NCBI GenBank assembly: GCA_013042825.1
Contig: JABDPL010000252.1
Span: forward strand, 1 to 40,272
Direction of reading: 5' to 3'
Length of the DNA stretch: 40,272 bases
DNA from: Flavobacteriaceae bacterium
GTDB lineage: Bacteria > Bacteroidota > Bacteroidia > Flavobacteriales > Flavobacteriaceae
The notes under the pieces are model-generated. The model did not search any database and was not told where the DNA came from. It saw only the letters and a list, made by a program, of their open reading frames with translations. Below, piece after piece: positions 16,559-26,136 of this stretch; within the stretch, counting starts at the first letter, position 1; every line of letters begins with the position of its first letter. Position numbers and translations under genes: made by a program.

Positions 16559-17238
16559 AGTTGTTTTGGAGTGACCTCGTAAACCTTGCTGGCGTCGCAT
16601 TTATAGGTCTTGTTCGGATACTTGATCAACAAGGCATAATCATGAGTCGCAACCAGTATGGTATGTCCCTTTTTATTCAGGTCCTGAAGCACATCCATAA
16701 CCTCAAAACTGGTTTCCGGATCCAGATTTCCGGTTGGCTCATCGGCCATGATCAATTCCGGATCATTTAACAAAGCCCTGGCAATGGCAACCCTTTGTTG
16801 CTCTCCACCCGACAGTTCATGAGGAAACCTGTAGCCTTGCTGTGTCATATCGACCTTTCCCAGAACTTCGCCGATCTTGGCTTTGATCTCTGCCTTGTCT
16901 TTCCAGCCCGTAGCTTTCAGAACGAACTCCAGGTTATCGTTGACTGTGCGATCGTTTAAAAGGAGAAAATCCTGAAAAACCACACCTAGTTTTCTTCTTA
17001 AGAACGGGATGTCTTTTTCCTTGAGTTTGGCAAGGTCAAACCCGACGATCTCACCTTCGCCCTCGCGAAGATCCAGATCCCCGTATAAAATTTTTAGAAA
17101 ACTGCTTTTGCCGGTACCGGTTTTTCCAATTAAATAGACGAAATCGCCACGCTCCATTTCAAAATTAACATCTCCCAATACCAAATTATCGCCTTGGTAT
17201 ATCGAAACATCTTTAAGTTGCAGGACGGTATCAGCCAT
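16555..17238 (-). CDS. ftsE: Cell-division ABC transporter ATP-binding protein FtsE
   Basis: 227 aa. Walker [26 protein letters not shown], signature [15 protein letters not shown], Walker [13 protein letters not shown]. No adjacent ftsX. Confidence 0.9.
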   Translation of the reverse strand: MADTVLQLKDVSIYQGDNLVLGDVNFEMERGDFVYLIGKTGTGKSSFLKILYGDLDLREGEGEIVGFDLAKLKEKDIPFLRRKLGVVFQDFLLLNDRTVNDNLEFVLKATGWKDKAEIKAKIGEVLGKVDMTQQGYRFPHELSGGEQQRVAIARALLNDPELIMADEPTGNLDPETSFEVMDVLQDLNKKGHTILVATHDYALLIKYPNKTYKCDASKVYEVTPKQL

Positions 17239-17414
17239 TATATAAATTTAGGTTGTGATAAAGGTAATAATTAAAAATACAAAGGTCGTAACGTTCATCC
17301 AGCCTTTGTTATTGAAAATTTAACATTTAATAAGTCCGTTTATAATTATATAAATTTTCAACCGTTATAGCATGTGAGATTAAATATCTTTAACATCAAC
17401 AAAAAACGGACTAA

Positions 17415-20400
17415 ATGATAAAGAAATGCTTGCTGGCACTGGCATTCACAGTGCTCTTTAATCATCTCATTCCTGCCCAGCAGTCTGCCGCTTACACCAG
17501 TGAACTGGTCGATTTTCAAAAAGCATTATCGCTCTATAACAACAAACAATACCTTGCCGCTCAATCCTTATTCAATCAGATTGAACGCGAGGTGACAGAC
17601 GAGGTTCTGCGTTCCGATTGTGCGTATTATATAGCCAATTGTGCGGTTCGTCTGAATCAACAGAATGCCGACGATCTCATTATGGACTTCGTTGAAGAAT
17701 ATCCCACCAGCACAAAGCGCAATACGGCCTTTATCGATGTGGCCGATTATTATTTCGAAAATTCGAAATATCCCTATGCCCGCAAATGGTACGAGCGTGT
17801 CGATGAAGAATCTTTGGCTAGAAGTGAAAAACCCAAATACAATTTCAATTATGGGTACAGCAATTTTGCTACCGCTAATTATTCAGGAGCCCGAAAGCAT
17901 CTGGGCAGGGTTGAGAACACGGCGGAATATGGTTCTCAGGCCAAATATTTTATCGGCTTTATGGCTTACCAAGGCGATGATTATGAAAAGGCTTCCGAAT
18001 ATTTCGACCAGCTTGAAAACGATGAGAAATACAGGGAGAAACTTTCGTATTACCAGGCCGACCTGAATTTCAAACTTGGTAATTTTGAAAAAGCTATTAC
18101 CCTGGCCAAGGAACAGTTGCCCGATAGTGATGCGCTCGAACGCTCGGAGTTATCAAAGATCATAGGCGAGTCTTATTTTAATTTGGAACAATACGAGGAA
18201 GCCTTGCCTTACTTGACAGAATACAAAGGTAAGAACGGCCGCTGGACCAATACCGATTATTATCAATTGGGCTATGCATATTACAAGCAGGATGCCTATG
18301 AAGAAGCCATATCTGAATTCAATAAGATCATTGACGGTGATAATACCGTTTCTCAAAATGCTTATTACCATTTAGGTGAAAGTTATATCAACCTCGACAA
18401 GAAACAGGAGGCATTAAATGCCTTCCGTAATGCTTCGGAAATGGATTATGATTTGAAGATACAGGAGGATGCCTGGTATAACTACGCTAAGATTAGTTAC
18501 GATATTGGAAATCCTTACCAGTCGGTTCCGCAGGTGCTTGCGGCCTATCTCGATAACTATCCCGAAACAGCCTATAAGGAAGAGATCGAAACCCTGTTGA
18601 TCGATTCTTATATCACCTCTAAAAACTATAAGGAGGCACTAGAGCTGCTGGAAGGAAGAAACAGCTATGACAACAAGCTTGCCTATCAAAAAGTAGCCTT
18701 TTACAGGGGAATTGAATTGTATAATGAAAACGACTACCTGGAAGCAGAGGCCTATTTCGATAAGTCCTTGTCCCAGGCCCTGGACCCGGTATTCACTGCA
18801 CGAGCAACCTTCTGGAAGGCAGAGACCGATTACAATCTCGGTGATTTTGAAGAAGCCCTGGTCGGATTCAGGCAGTTTAGGGAAATGAATGCAGCCGCAG
18901 ACACCCCTGAATTCACGAATATCTATTATAATATCGGGTATACCTATTTCAAGCAGAAACGTTATGATATGGCTCAGGAATCATTTGATGAATTCATCGA
19001 TTCCAATCCCGATGAGCTTCGATTGAACGACGCATATCTTAGGCTGGGTGACGGACATTTCGTCTCCAGTCGCTACCAACAAGCCATAAGGGCATATGAA
19101 AAGGCGCTCGACATTGACCGAGTGGAACAGGACTATGCATTTTTTCAGAAGGCGATTAGCTACGGATATCTCAGCAGGGGAGGTGACAAGATCAGGGAAC
19201 TCGAGACCTTTATCAACAGATTTGAAGGTTCGGGATTACGAGATGATGCCATCTATGAGTTGGGTAATTCATACGTCAAGATCAATGAAGCAGATAAGGC
19301 CATGCGTTTGTACGAACAGCTGAATGCCGAATATCCGCGGAGCTCCTTCAGGTCTAAATCGAATTTAAGACAGGGGCTGGTGTATTATAATTCAGGAGAT
19401 AATGAAAAAGCTCTGAATAAATTTAAAAGTGTTGCTTCCGATTTTCCCGGAACCCCTGAGGCTGTTCAGGCGGTCTCCTCGGCCAGGATGATCTATATCG
19501 ACCTCGGAAGAGTAGATGAATATGCCAACTGGGTCAGAACGCTTGATTATGTTGAAGTTTCCGATGCCGATCTTGACAATACCTCCTACGAAGCTGCAGA
19601 GAAACAATATCTGGCCAATAACGATAGCAAAGCCATACGATTGCTCAATGGTTACCTGGATGAATTTCGGAATGGCATTCATGCCTTAAAGGCACATTTC
19701 TATCTTGCTCAGCTTTATTACAAGCAAGACCTGAAATCAAATGCTTTACCGCATTATGAATTTGTAGTTGGCAGATCGGCTAATGAATTCACCGAGACGG
19801 CATTAACACGGCTTGGTGAGATCTATTTACTCGATAAGGATTACACTTCAGCTATTCCGGTATTGAAACGATTGGAAAATGAAGCCGATTTTCCCCAAAA
19901 TGTGCTATTCGCACAATCCAACCTGATGAAAGCGTTTTACCGGCTTGAGGATTATGGAAATGCGGTAGAATATGCCGATAAGGTACTATTGAATTCAAAA
20001 ATCGATAAATCCATACAAAGCGATGCCTTTGTTATAATAGCGCGCTCGGCAATTGAAACCGGAGATGAATCCAAGGCCCGTGAAGCCTATATCAAGGTTG
20101 AACAAATCGCATCGGGAGAGTTGGCTGCAGAGGCCTTGTATTACAACGCCTATTTCAGCAATAAGGATGGTGCTTATGCGGACTCAAATGCCAAGGTTCA
20201 GAAATTAGCAAAGGATTATTCGAGTTATAAGTACTATGCCGCCAAAGGATTGGTTGTGATGGCACGTAATTACTATGCGCTTGGCGATGCTTATCAGGCC
20301 AATTATATTTTGGAAAGCGTGATTGAGAATTTCAGTGAATACGATGATGTGGTAGATGATGCCAAACGCGAACTCAGTCGAATAAAAAGAGAGCAGGCAC

Positions 20401-20438
20401 GCACCAATTCTTCGGTAATCACCGATGACGGAAATTAA
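17415..20438 (+). CDS. Large secreted tetratricopeptide-repeat protein
   Basis: 1007 aa. Signal peptide ending PAQQ. Many TPR units, e.g. YYQLGYAYYKQDAYEEAISEFNKII, YYHLGESYINLDKKQEALNAFRNA, YYNIGYTYFKQKRYDMAQESFDEFI. Confidence 0.85.
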   Translation: MIKKCLLALAFTVLFNHLIPAQQSAAYTSELVDFQKALSLYNNKQYLAAQSLFNQIEREVTDEVLRSDCAYYIANCAVRLNQQNADDLIMDFVEEYPTSTKRNTAFIDVADYYFENSKYPYARKWYERVDEESLARSEKPKYNFNYGYSNFATANYSGARKHLGRVENTAEYGSQAKYFIGFMAYQGDDYEKASEYFDQLENDEKYREKLSYYQADLNFKLGNFEKAITLAKEQLPDSDALERSELSKIIGESYFNLEQYEEALPYLTEYKGKNGRWTNTDYYQLGYAYYKQDAYEEAISEFNKIIDGDNTVSQNAYYHLGESYINLDKKQEALNAFRNASEMDYDLKIQEDAWYNYAKISYDIGNPYQSVPQVLAAYLDNYPETAYKEEIETLLIDSYITSKNYKEALELLEGRNSYDNKLAYQKVAFYRGIELYNENDYLEAEAYFDKSLSQALDPVFTARATFWKAETDYNLGDFEEALVGFRQFREMNAAADTPEFTNIYYNIGYTYFKQKRYDMAQESFDEFIDSNPDELRLNDAYLRLGDGHFVSSRYQQAIRAYEKALDIDRVEQDYAFFQKAISYGYLSRGGDKIRELETFINRFEGSGLRDDAIYELGNSYVKINEADKAMRLYEQLNAEYPRSSFRSKSNLRQGLVYYNSGDNEKALNKFKSVASDFPGTPEAVQAVSSARMIYIDLGRVDEYANWVRTLDYVEVSDADLDNTSYEAAEKQYLANNDSKAIRLLNGYLDEFRNGIHALKAHFYLAQLYYKQDLKSNALPHYEFVVGRSANEFTETALTRLGEIYLLDKDYTSAIPVLKRLENEADFPQNVLFAQSNLMKAFYRLEDYGNAVEYADKVLLNSKIDKSIQSDAFVIIARSAIETGDESKAREAYIKVEQIASGELAAEALYYNAYFSNKDGAYADSNAKVQKLAKDYSSYKYYAAKGLVVMARNYYALGDAYQANYILESVIENFSEYDDVVDDAKRELSRIKREQARTNSSVITDDGN

Positions 20439-20463
20439 TTCTAATCCAAGAAATCAAGAACTT

Positions 20464-22194
20464 ATGTTTAGTCGAAATGCAGTTATTTTAACTGGACTTT
20501 TATTCTCTTTTTCAATGCAGCTGTTCGCTCAGGAGCGATCGGCAGACAGCATCGATACCCAGGTGGTGAATGTGGTCAAACCCTATAGTCCGAAAATATC
20601 AGATGCTTTCAAGGTGAAAGAGATTCCGAGTTTACGCGATTCAACCACATCGGCGAAAAAACAGGTGATATATAATATTTTTTCTATCCCGGTTGCATCA
20701 ACATTCATTCCCGCCAAAGGCCGGGCAGCAGCAGTTGAAAAAAAACAACCCCAAGCGCTGTATGATAATTTCCTGAGCTTTGGTGCGGGAAGTTATACCA
20801 CTCTTTTAGGTGAGTTGTATCTCAATCATGCCATTAACCGCACCGAAAGCGTAGGTGGTTATATCAGTCATCATTCGTCCCAGGGCGGTATTTCCGGGGT
20901 GGTTCTCGACGATCAGTTTTCCACTTCAAGGATCCGGGCCAATTACAGCAGGAAGTTGCGAGATTATTCCTGGTCGGTCGATGCCGGTTACAAACACGAG
21001 GTCTTTAATTGGTATGGTGTACCTCAATCGATCATCGCTCCTGAAGTTATAGCTGATATCGATTCACAGCATAAGTTCTTCACTTTCGAGTTTGGCGGGG
21101 AAGTGGAATTCGATGATATGCTGTTTAATGAAGGCCAGGTAAGATTCCGAAGGTTTGCCGATGATTATGATTCCGGTGAAAACAGGTTCTTTGCCTCAAC
21201 GAATTTTGATATTCCCCTTCGTGATGATGTATTGAATGCTGAAGTCAGAATCGATTATCTCAAAGGAAATTTCGACCAGGAGTTTTTCGACCCGGTGGAA
21301 ATTAATTACGGCAATTTCATCCTAGGTGTTTCACCAAGTTATCAGATCAAGGAGGACGATCTTACAGTGAATCTCGGTGCCAGGGCATATTACCTGAACG
21401 ATACCGAACAGGGTGAGAACAAGTTCTATGTCTATCCAAGGGTTACGGCCTCTTATCGTTTGGCTAGCGAAGTGCTCATTGCCTACGGCGGTATTGAAGG
21501 AGATCTTATTCAGAACACCTATCAGGCCTTTGCCGGAGAGAATCCTTTTGTTTCACCAACCTTGGAGATCATGCCTACCGATCAGCAGTATGATGCTTAT
21601 ATCGGGCTCAAAGGGAAATTGTCGAATAATATGAGTTATAATATTCGCGGGAATTATAAGGCTGCGAACAATATGCCGCTGATCCTTTCCAACCCGGTGT
21701 TAGTGGGCGATAGCGGCAATTTCACCCAGGGTAATTCATTCGGGATCGTTTATGACGATCTAAAGACTTTCTCGGTATTTGGTGAGGTCAATGTTGATGT
21801 CAATCGAAATTTCACCCTGGGGATCAAAGCGGAATATTTTAATTATACGACCGATAAGCAGGAGGAACCATGGAACCTTCCCGATTTCATAGCATCGCTG
21901 TTTATGGATGTTCAAATCGATGAGCACTGGTTCGCCGGGGCAAATCTCTACTACACCGGTGAAAGGCCCGATCAGTCGCTCATAGTAGATATGGGGCTCA
22001 TAACTTTGCCAAATACGGTGATACTCGAAAGCTTCTTCGATGCCAATGCGCATGTAGGCTACCGAATAAACGATCGCTGGGCGGTTTATGCCAGGGCTAA
22101 CAATATCGCTAACCAGGATTATAAACGCTGGTTGAATTATCCTGTTCAGGGTATTCAGTTTCTGGCCGGAGCTACATATAAATTCGATTTTTAA
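20464..22194 (+). CDS. Outer-membrane beta-barrel protein (TonB-dependent-receptor-like barrel, no obvious plug)
   Basis: Signal peptide MFSRNAVILTGLLFSFSMQLFAQE. Alternating beta-strand pattern. Terminal OMP signature GATYKFDF. The track start 20425 would overlap the TPR gene by 14 nt. Either start implies coupling. Confidence 0.65.
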   Translation: MFSRNAVILTGLLFSFSMQLFAQERSADSIDTQVVNVVKPYSPKISDAFKVKEIPSLRDSTTSAKKQVIYNIFSIPVASTFIPAKGRAAAVEKKQPQALYDNFLSFGAGSYTTLLGELYLNHAINRTESVGGYISHHSSQGGISGVVLDDQFSTSRIRANYSRKLRDYSWSVDAGYKHEVFNWYGVPQSIIAPEVIADIDSQHKFFTFEFGGEVEFDDMLFNEGQVRFRRFADDYDSGENRFFASTNFDIPLRDDVLNAEVRIDYLKGNFDQEFFDPVEINYGNFILGVSPSYQIKEDDLTVNLGARAYYLNDTEQGENKFYVYPRVTASYRLASEVLIAYGGIEGDLIQNTYQAFAGENPFVSPTLEIMPTDQQYDAYIGLKGKLSNNMSYNIRGNYKAANNMPLILSNPVLVGDSGNFTQGNSFGIVYDDLKTFSVFGEVNVDVNRNFTLGIKAEYFNYTTDKQEEPWNLPDFIASLFMDVQIDEHWFAGANLYYTGERPDQSLIVDMGLITLPNTVILESFFDANAHVGYRINDRWAVYARANNIANQDYKRWLNYPVQGIQFLAGATYKFDF

Positions 22195-22214
22195 ACATTC
22201 CTTGGAAATAATTT

Positions 22215-22243
22215 AAAGCACTCCGATAAGGGGTGCTTTTTTT
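22215..22243 (+). terminator. Rho-independent terminator
   Basis: AGCACTCC (22217..22224), loop GATAA, GGGGTGCT (22230..22237) with one G-U pair, followed by a T-run. It lies 20 nt after the stop of the beta-barrel gene. Confidence 0.75.
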
Positions 22244-22245
22244 AT

Positions 22246-22253
22246 TATTTTTG
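22246..22253 (+). promoter_or_regulatory. Candidate -7 promoter box (TATTTTTG)
   Basis: Matches TAnnTTTG, 18 nt upstream of ATG 22271. Confidence 0.35.
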
Positions 22254-22270
22254 GAGCTTAACTTTCGATT

Positions 22271-23899
22271 ATGAAACCGATTATCTCCTTATTAGCCCTA
22301 TTCCTGCTCTTTTCCTGTAACTCAGAGCAATATGCCGACCTCATAATTACGAATTCAAAGACCTACACCGTTGACGAGTCGTTCAGTCAGGCCGAGGCCT
22401 TTGCAGTAAGGGATGGAAAGTTTATAGCAATAGGGACAGATGACGAAATTCTTGCAACCTATACTTCGGAACAAATAGTGGATGCCAACGGTCAAGCCAT
22501 CGTCCCGGGATTTATAGATGCCCACTGTCATTTTCTCGGCCTGGGTGTGAATCAGCAGGCCGTTGATCTCGTTGGAACGACCAGTTTTGAGGAGGTAGTT
22601 CAACGCGTTGTTGATTTTCAGAAAAAGAATCAACTCTCGCATATTACCGGCAGGGGTTGGGATCAGAATGACTGGGAGGACAAGCGCTTTCCGAAAAAGA
22701 CGCTGTTAGACTCGCTTTTCCCCGATACACCCATTTCTCTCACGAGGATAGATGGTCACGCCATAATATGCAACCAGGCTGCACTTGACCTTGGAGGTGT
22801 AACTGCAGATAGTAAAACAGATGGCGGAGAAGTCGTTGTTGAAGATGGCGAACTTACCGGTGTTTTGATCGATAATGCCGAAAATCTTGTTATGAATTAT
22901 TGGCCGGGTATGAGTGCGACTGATGTGACCAATGCACTGAAAAAGGCCGAAGAGATCTGTTTTGAATACGGACTCACAACCGTTGATGATGCCGGACTGG
23001 GCCCAAACGAAATAAATCTTATCGAAAGTCTTCAGGCGAAAGGAGAGCTCAAGATGCGTGTTTACGCCATGGTATCTGCCTCAAAAGAGAATCTCGACTA
23101 TTATTTGGAAAGAGATCCCCTCAAAACTGAGCGCCTGAATGTGGGTTCGTTTAAGTTCTATGCCGATGGGGCATTGGGCTCAAGAGGCGCAATGTTGAGG
23201 GCGCCCTATTCCGATAAACCCGGTCATTTGGGATTGATGGTAAACAGTCTTGAAACTTTAAATGAAACAGCCGAGAGAATAGCGAAATCCGATTATCAAA
23301 TGAATACGCATGCCATTGGTGATTCGGCCAATCATGCTGTTTTGGCAACCTATAAACGCGTCCTCGATGGTCAGCAGGACAGACGCTGGAGAATCGAACA
23401 TGCACAAGTGATCTCCCCGGAAGACTTCGACCACTTTAATAATATCGTCCCCTCGGTGCAACCGACCCATGCCACCAGTGATATGTACTGGGCAGAAGAT
23501 CGATTAGGGCCGGAGCGTGTAAAAGGGGCGTATGCATTCAAACAACTTCTGGAGAGTTATGGGCAGCTTGCCCTGGGAACAGATTTTCCGGTGGAACAGG
23601 TCAATCCCTTTTATACCTTTTACGCCGCGGTTGCAAGACAGGATCTTGAGCAATTCCCTGAGGACGGCTATCAGATGGAGAATGCCTTGAGCAGAGAAGA
23701 AACGCTTAAAGGCATGACCATATGGGCAGCGCATTCAAATTTTGAGGAAGATGAGAAGGGCAGTATTGAACCGGGTAAATTCGCCGATTTTATCATGCTG
23801 GATCGCGATATAATGACCGCACCGCTAAATGACATTCCGGATGCTAAAGTCGATGCTACCTACCTTGGAGGTGAACTTGTGATGCAAAGAAAAAAGTGA
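22271..23899 (+). CDS. Amidohydrolase-family metallohydrolase (YtcJ-like), lipoprotein
   Basis: 542 aa. Lipobox LLFSC. HxH metal motif GFIDAHCHF. Later HAIGD and EHAQ motifs. Confidence 0.85.
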   Translation: MKPIISLLALFLLFSCNSEQYADLIITNSKTYTVDESFSQAEAFAVRDGKFIAIGTDDEILATYTSEQIVDANGQAIVPGFIDAHCHFLGLGVNQQAVDLVGTTSFEEVVQRVVDFQKKNQLSHITGRGWDQNDWEDKRFPKKTLLDSLFPDTPISLTRIDGHAIICNQAALDLGGVTADSKTDGGEVVVEDGELTGVLIDNAENLVMNYWPGMSATDVTNALKKAEEICFEYGLTTVDDAGLGPNEINLIESLQAKGELKMRVYAMVSASKENLDYYLERDPLKTERLNVGSFKFYADGALGSRGAMLRAPYSDKPGHLGLMVNSLETLNETAERIAKSDYQMNTHAIGDSANHAVLATYKRVLDGQQDRRWRIEHAQVISPEDFDHFNNIVPSVQPTHATSDMYWAEDRLGPERVKGAYAFKQLLESYGQLALGTDFPVEQVNPFYTFYAAVARQDLEQFPEDGYQMENALSREETLKGMTIWAAHSNFEEDEKGSIEPGKFADFIMLDRDIMTAPLNDIPDAKVDATYLGGELVMQRKK

Positions 23900-24028
23900 C
23901 AAAATCATGCCCGGGATGTCTTAATGGTAATGAGGCAGCTTTTTTGACTTTTCTTTTAAGATCTAACTGTTCTTCCCTAAAATCAGAAGGCTATCTGCTG
24001 TTGCAAACTTCAGCAATCGGGAGAACTT

Positions 24029-24730
24029 TTATTTAATGCTTATTCGTGCCAAATAGTCGTAGTGATCTCCGGCCATAACCATCTCACAATTCAAGCCACA
24101 GCCTGAACTTAGATCGTTTAGGGATTTAAAATCAAGATATAGCCAGGTCATGGCATCTTCACTCTCACCACAATAGGATAGGTAGTATTCAAGTTCGCCA
24201 TAGTAGGGCATGCCGTTTTGTTTTATCCATTCCAGGTCCTCGGTATCATACATATAACTCACATCTGACGAGTCGATCAAAATCTGGCCCCCCGGTCTTA
24301 ATAAGGTCTTCAGATGTTTAAGGTAAACCGTGGCCTTTTGCATGGTTTGGAACAGGCCCGTACCGTTCATGAGTGAAATAATGGTGTCAAAACGATCTTT
24401 CAGATTTAGAATGTCTATCTGTCGAGCCTTATGTAATCCCCGGAGTTTACAAGCTTTTATCGCGGCTTCGGAAATATCGATAGATGTAACATCAAAGCCC
24501 CTTTCCTCGAGATACAAGCTATGGCTGCCTGCTCCGCAACCCAGATCAAGTACATGCCCTGAACACATGTCCAGCGCCTGTTGTTCGAGCTCAGGCATGT
24601 CATCGTAGCTCCTGAATAGGTACGGGAGCGGGAGAACCTCATTATCTGAAATATGAGTGGCCGTTATCATGTCCTCGGTATAATTTCCAGTCTGATAATC
24701 TAAAATTGCTTTTCCGAAGAGATCTTTCAT
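24029..24730 (-). CDS. Class I SAM-dependent methyltransferase
   Basis: 233 aa. Motif I VLDLGCGAGSHS and post-I acidic DIS. Confidence 0.85.
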   Translation of the reverse strand: MKDLFGKAILDYQTGNYTEDMITATHISDNEVLPLPYLFRSYDDMPELEQQALDMCSGHVLDLGCGAGSHSLYLEERGFDVTSIDISEAAIKACKLRGLHKARQIDILNLKDRFDTIISLMNGTGLFQTMQKATVYLKHLKTLLRPGGQILIDSSDVSYMYDTEDLEWIKQNGMPYYGELEYYLSYCGESEDAMTWLYLDFKSLNDLSSGCGLNCEMVMAGDHYDYLARISIK

Positions 24731-24777
24731 CTATGAAACCATTGATTATTACCGATCTGTTTCCCTAAATTAGCGAC

Positions 24778-25269
24778 ATGAAAGAACAGATCAGGGATTT
24801 ACCCCGCCTGGCCAAAGATAAGTATAAAGAGAACAAGCGATTCTTTTCCAAATTGAAAAAGCGTCCACCAAGGGGGCTTGACCAAATGATGTTGGAATTG
24901 CACGAAGCGGAGTTTCAAAATACCGACTGCCTGGCGTGTGCAAACTGCTGCAAGACCACGGGGCCGTTGTTTACATCCAGGGATATCGGGCGCATCGCAA
25001 GGCATTTCAAGCTTAAGCCCGGTGATTTTATCGATTCTTACCTGCGTCGGGATGAAGATGATGATTATGTGCTTCAGGAGCTCCCATGCCGGTTTTTAGA
25101 TGCGGACAATCACTGTATGATTTATGATATCAGGCCCAAAGCCTGCAGGGAATTCCCGCATACCGACCGCAAGAAATTCCATAAGATCTCTCATCTGACT
25201 GTGAAAAATGTAGCTGTTTGTCCGGCGGCCTTTAATATAGTTGAACGCATGAAGGAAAATATTAAATAA
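24778..25269 (+). CDS. YkgJ-family cysteine-cluster (Zn/Fe-chelating) protein
   Basis: 163 aa. CLACANCCK cluster plus the downstream C residues typical of the family. Confidence 0.75.
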   Translation: MKEQIRDLPRLAKDKYKENKRFFSKLKKRPPRGLDQMMLELHEAEFQNTDCLACANCCKTTGPLFTSRDIGRIARHFKLKPGDFIDSYLRRDEDDDYVLQELPCRFLDADNHCMIYDIRPKACREFPHTDRKKFHKISHLTVKNVAVCPAAFNIVERMKENIK

Positions 25270-25270
25270 T

Positions 25271-25278
25271 TATCTTTG
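25271..25278 (+). promoter_or_regulatory. Candidate -7 promoter box (TATCTTTG)
   Basis: Matches TAnnTTTG, 11 nt upstream of ATG 25289. Confidence 0.3.
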
Positions 25279-25288
25279 GCAAAATTCT

Positions 25289-26128
25289 ATGGAAGCGTTA
25301 ATTCAATACTTTGAAACCATTCCATCCCTGCATCGTAGTATACTGCTCGTGGGAGGACTGACCTTTTTCTGGTTACTGGAAGGGGCCGTACCCTTGTTCA
25401 GATTCAGGTATAGAAAATGGAAACATGCCATTCCCAATTTGTTTTTCACATTAACCACGATAATTATCAATTTTGCACTGGCATTTTTATTGTTGCAAAG
25501 TGCCGACTGGGTGGTTGCTAATGGTTTTGGACTTATTAACTGGTTACCTGAAATGCCGCTTTGGCTTTATGTTTTGATCGGCGTTCTTCTTTTGGACTTC
25601 GTTGGCGCTTATCTGCCTCATTATGTGGAGCACAAGGTAAAGCCGCTTTGGATGGTCCATCTGGTGCATCATACCGACCATAAGGTCGATACAACCACGG
25701 CCAATAGACATCATCCTCTGGAAAGTGTTATCCGCTTTGTATTCACCCTCTTGGGAGTATTCATAATAGGAGCGCCCATTGGTATAGTCATGTTATATCA
25801 GTCGATGTCGTTGGTTGCTACGCAATTCACTCATGCCAACATAAGATTACCTCAGAAAGTTGATCACGCGCTGAGCTATGTTCTGGTCTCGCCCGATATG
25901 CATAAAGTGCATCACCATAATGTGTTGCCTTACACCGATTCGAACTACGGCAATATATTTTCGGTCTGGGATCGATTGTTGGGGACTTATATGAAACTCG
26001 ACCGTATGAAAATACAATATGGTGTTGATGTTTTTCCAGATGAACAGGAGAATAGCGATACCTGGGAACTCCTCAAGCAACCCTTTCAGAAATATAGAAA
26101 ACCAACTGTCCTGCCTGTAGAAGATTGA
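25289..26128 (+). CDS. Fatty acid hydroxylase / sterol desaturase superfamily membrane protein
   Basis: 279 aa. N-terminal TM helices. His boxes HYVEH, HLVHHTDH and HKVHHH. Confidence 0.8.
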   Translation: MEALIQYFETIPSLHRSILLVGGLTFFWLLEGAVPLFRFRYRKWKHAIPNLFFTLTTIIINFALAFLLLQSADWVVANGFGLINWLPEMPLWLYVLIGVLLLDFVGAYLPHYVEHKVKPLWMVHLVHHTDHKVDTTTANRHHPLESVIRFVFTLLGVFIIGAPIGIVMLYQSMSLVATQFTHANIRLPQKVDHALSYVLVSPDMHKVHHHNVLPYTDSNYGNIFSVWDRLLGTYMKLDRMKIQYGVDVFPDEQENSDTWELLKQPFQKYRKPTVLPVED

Positions 26129-26136
26129 TCATATGT

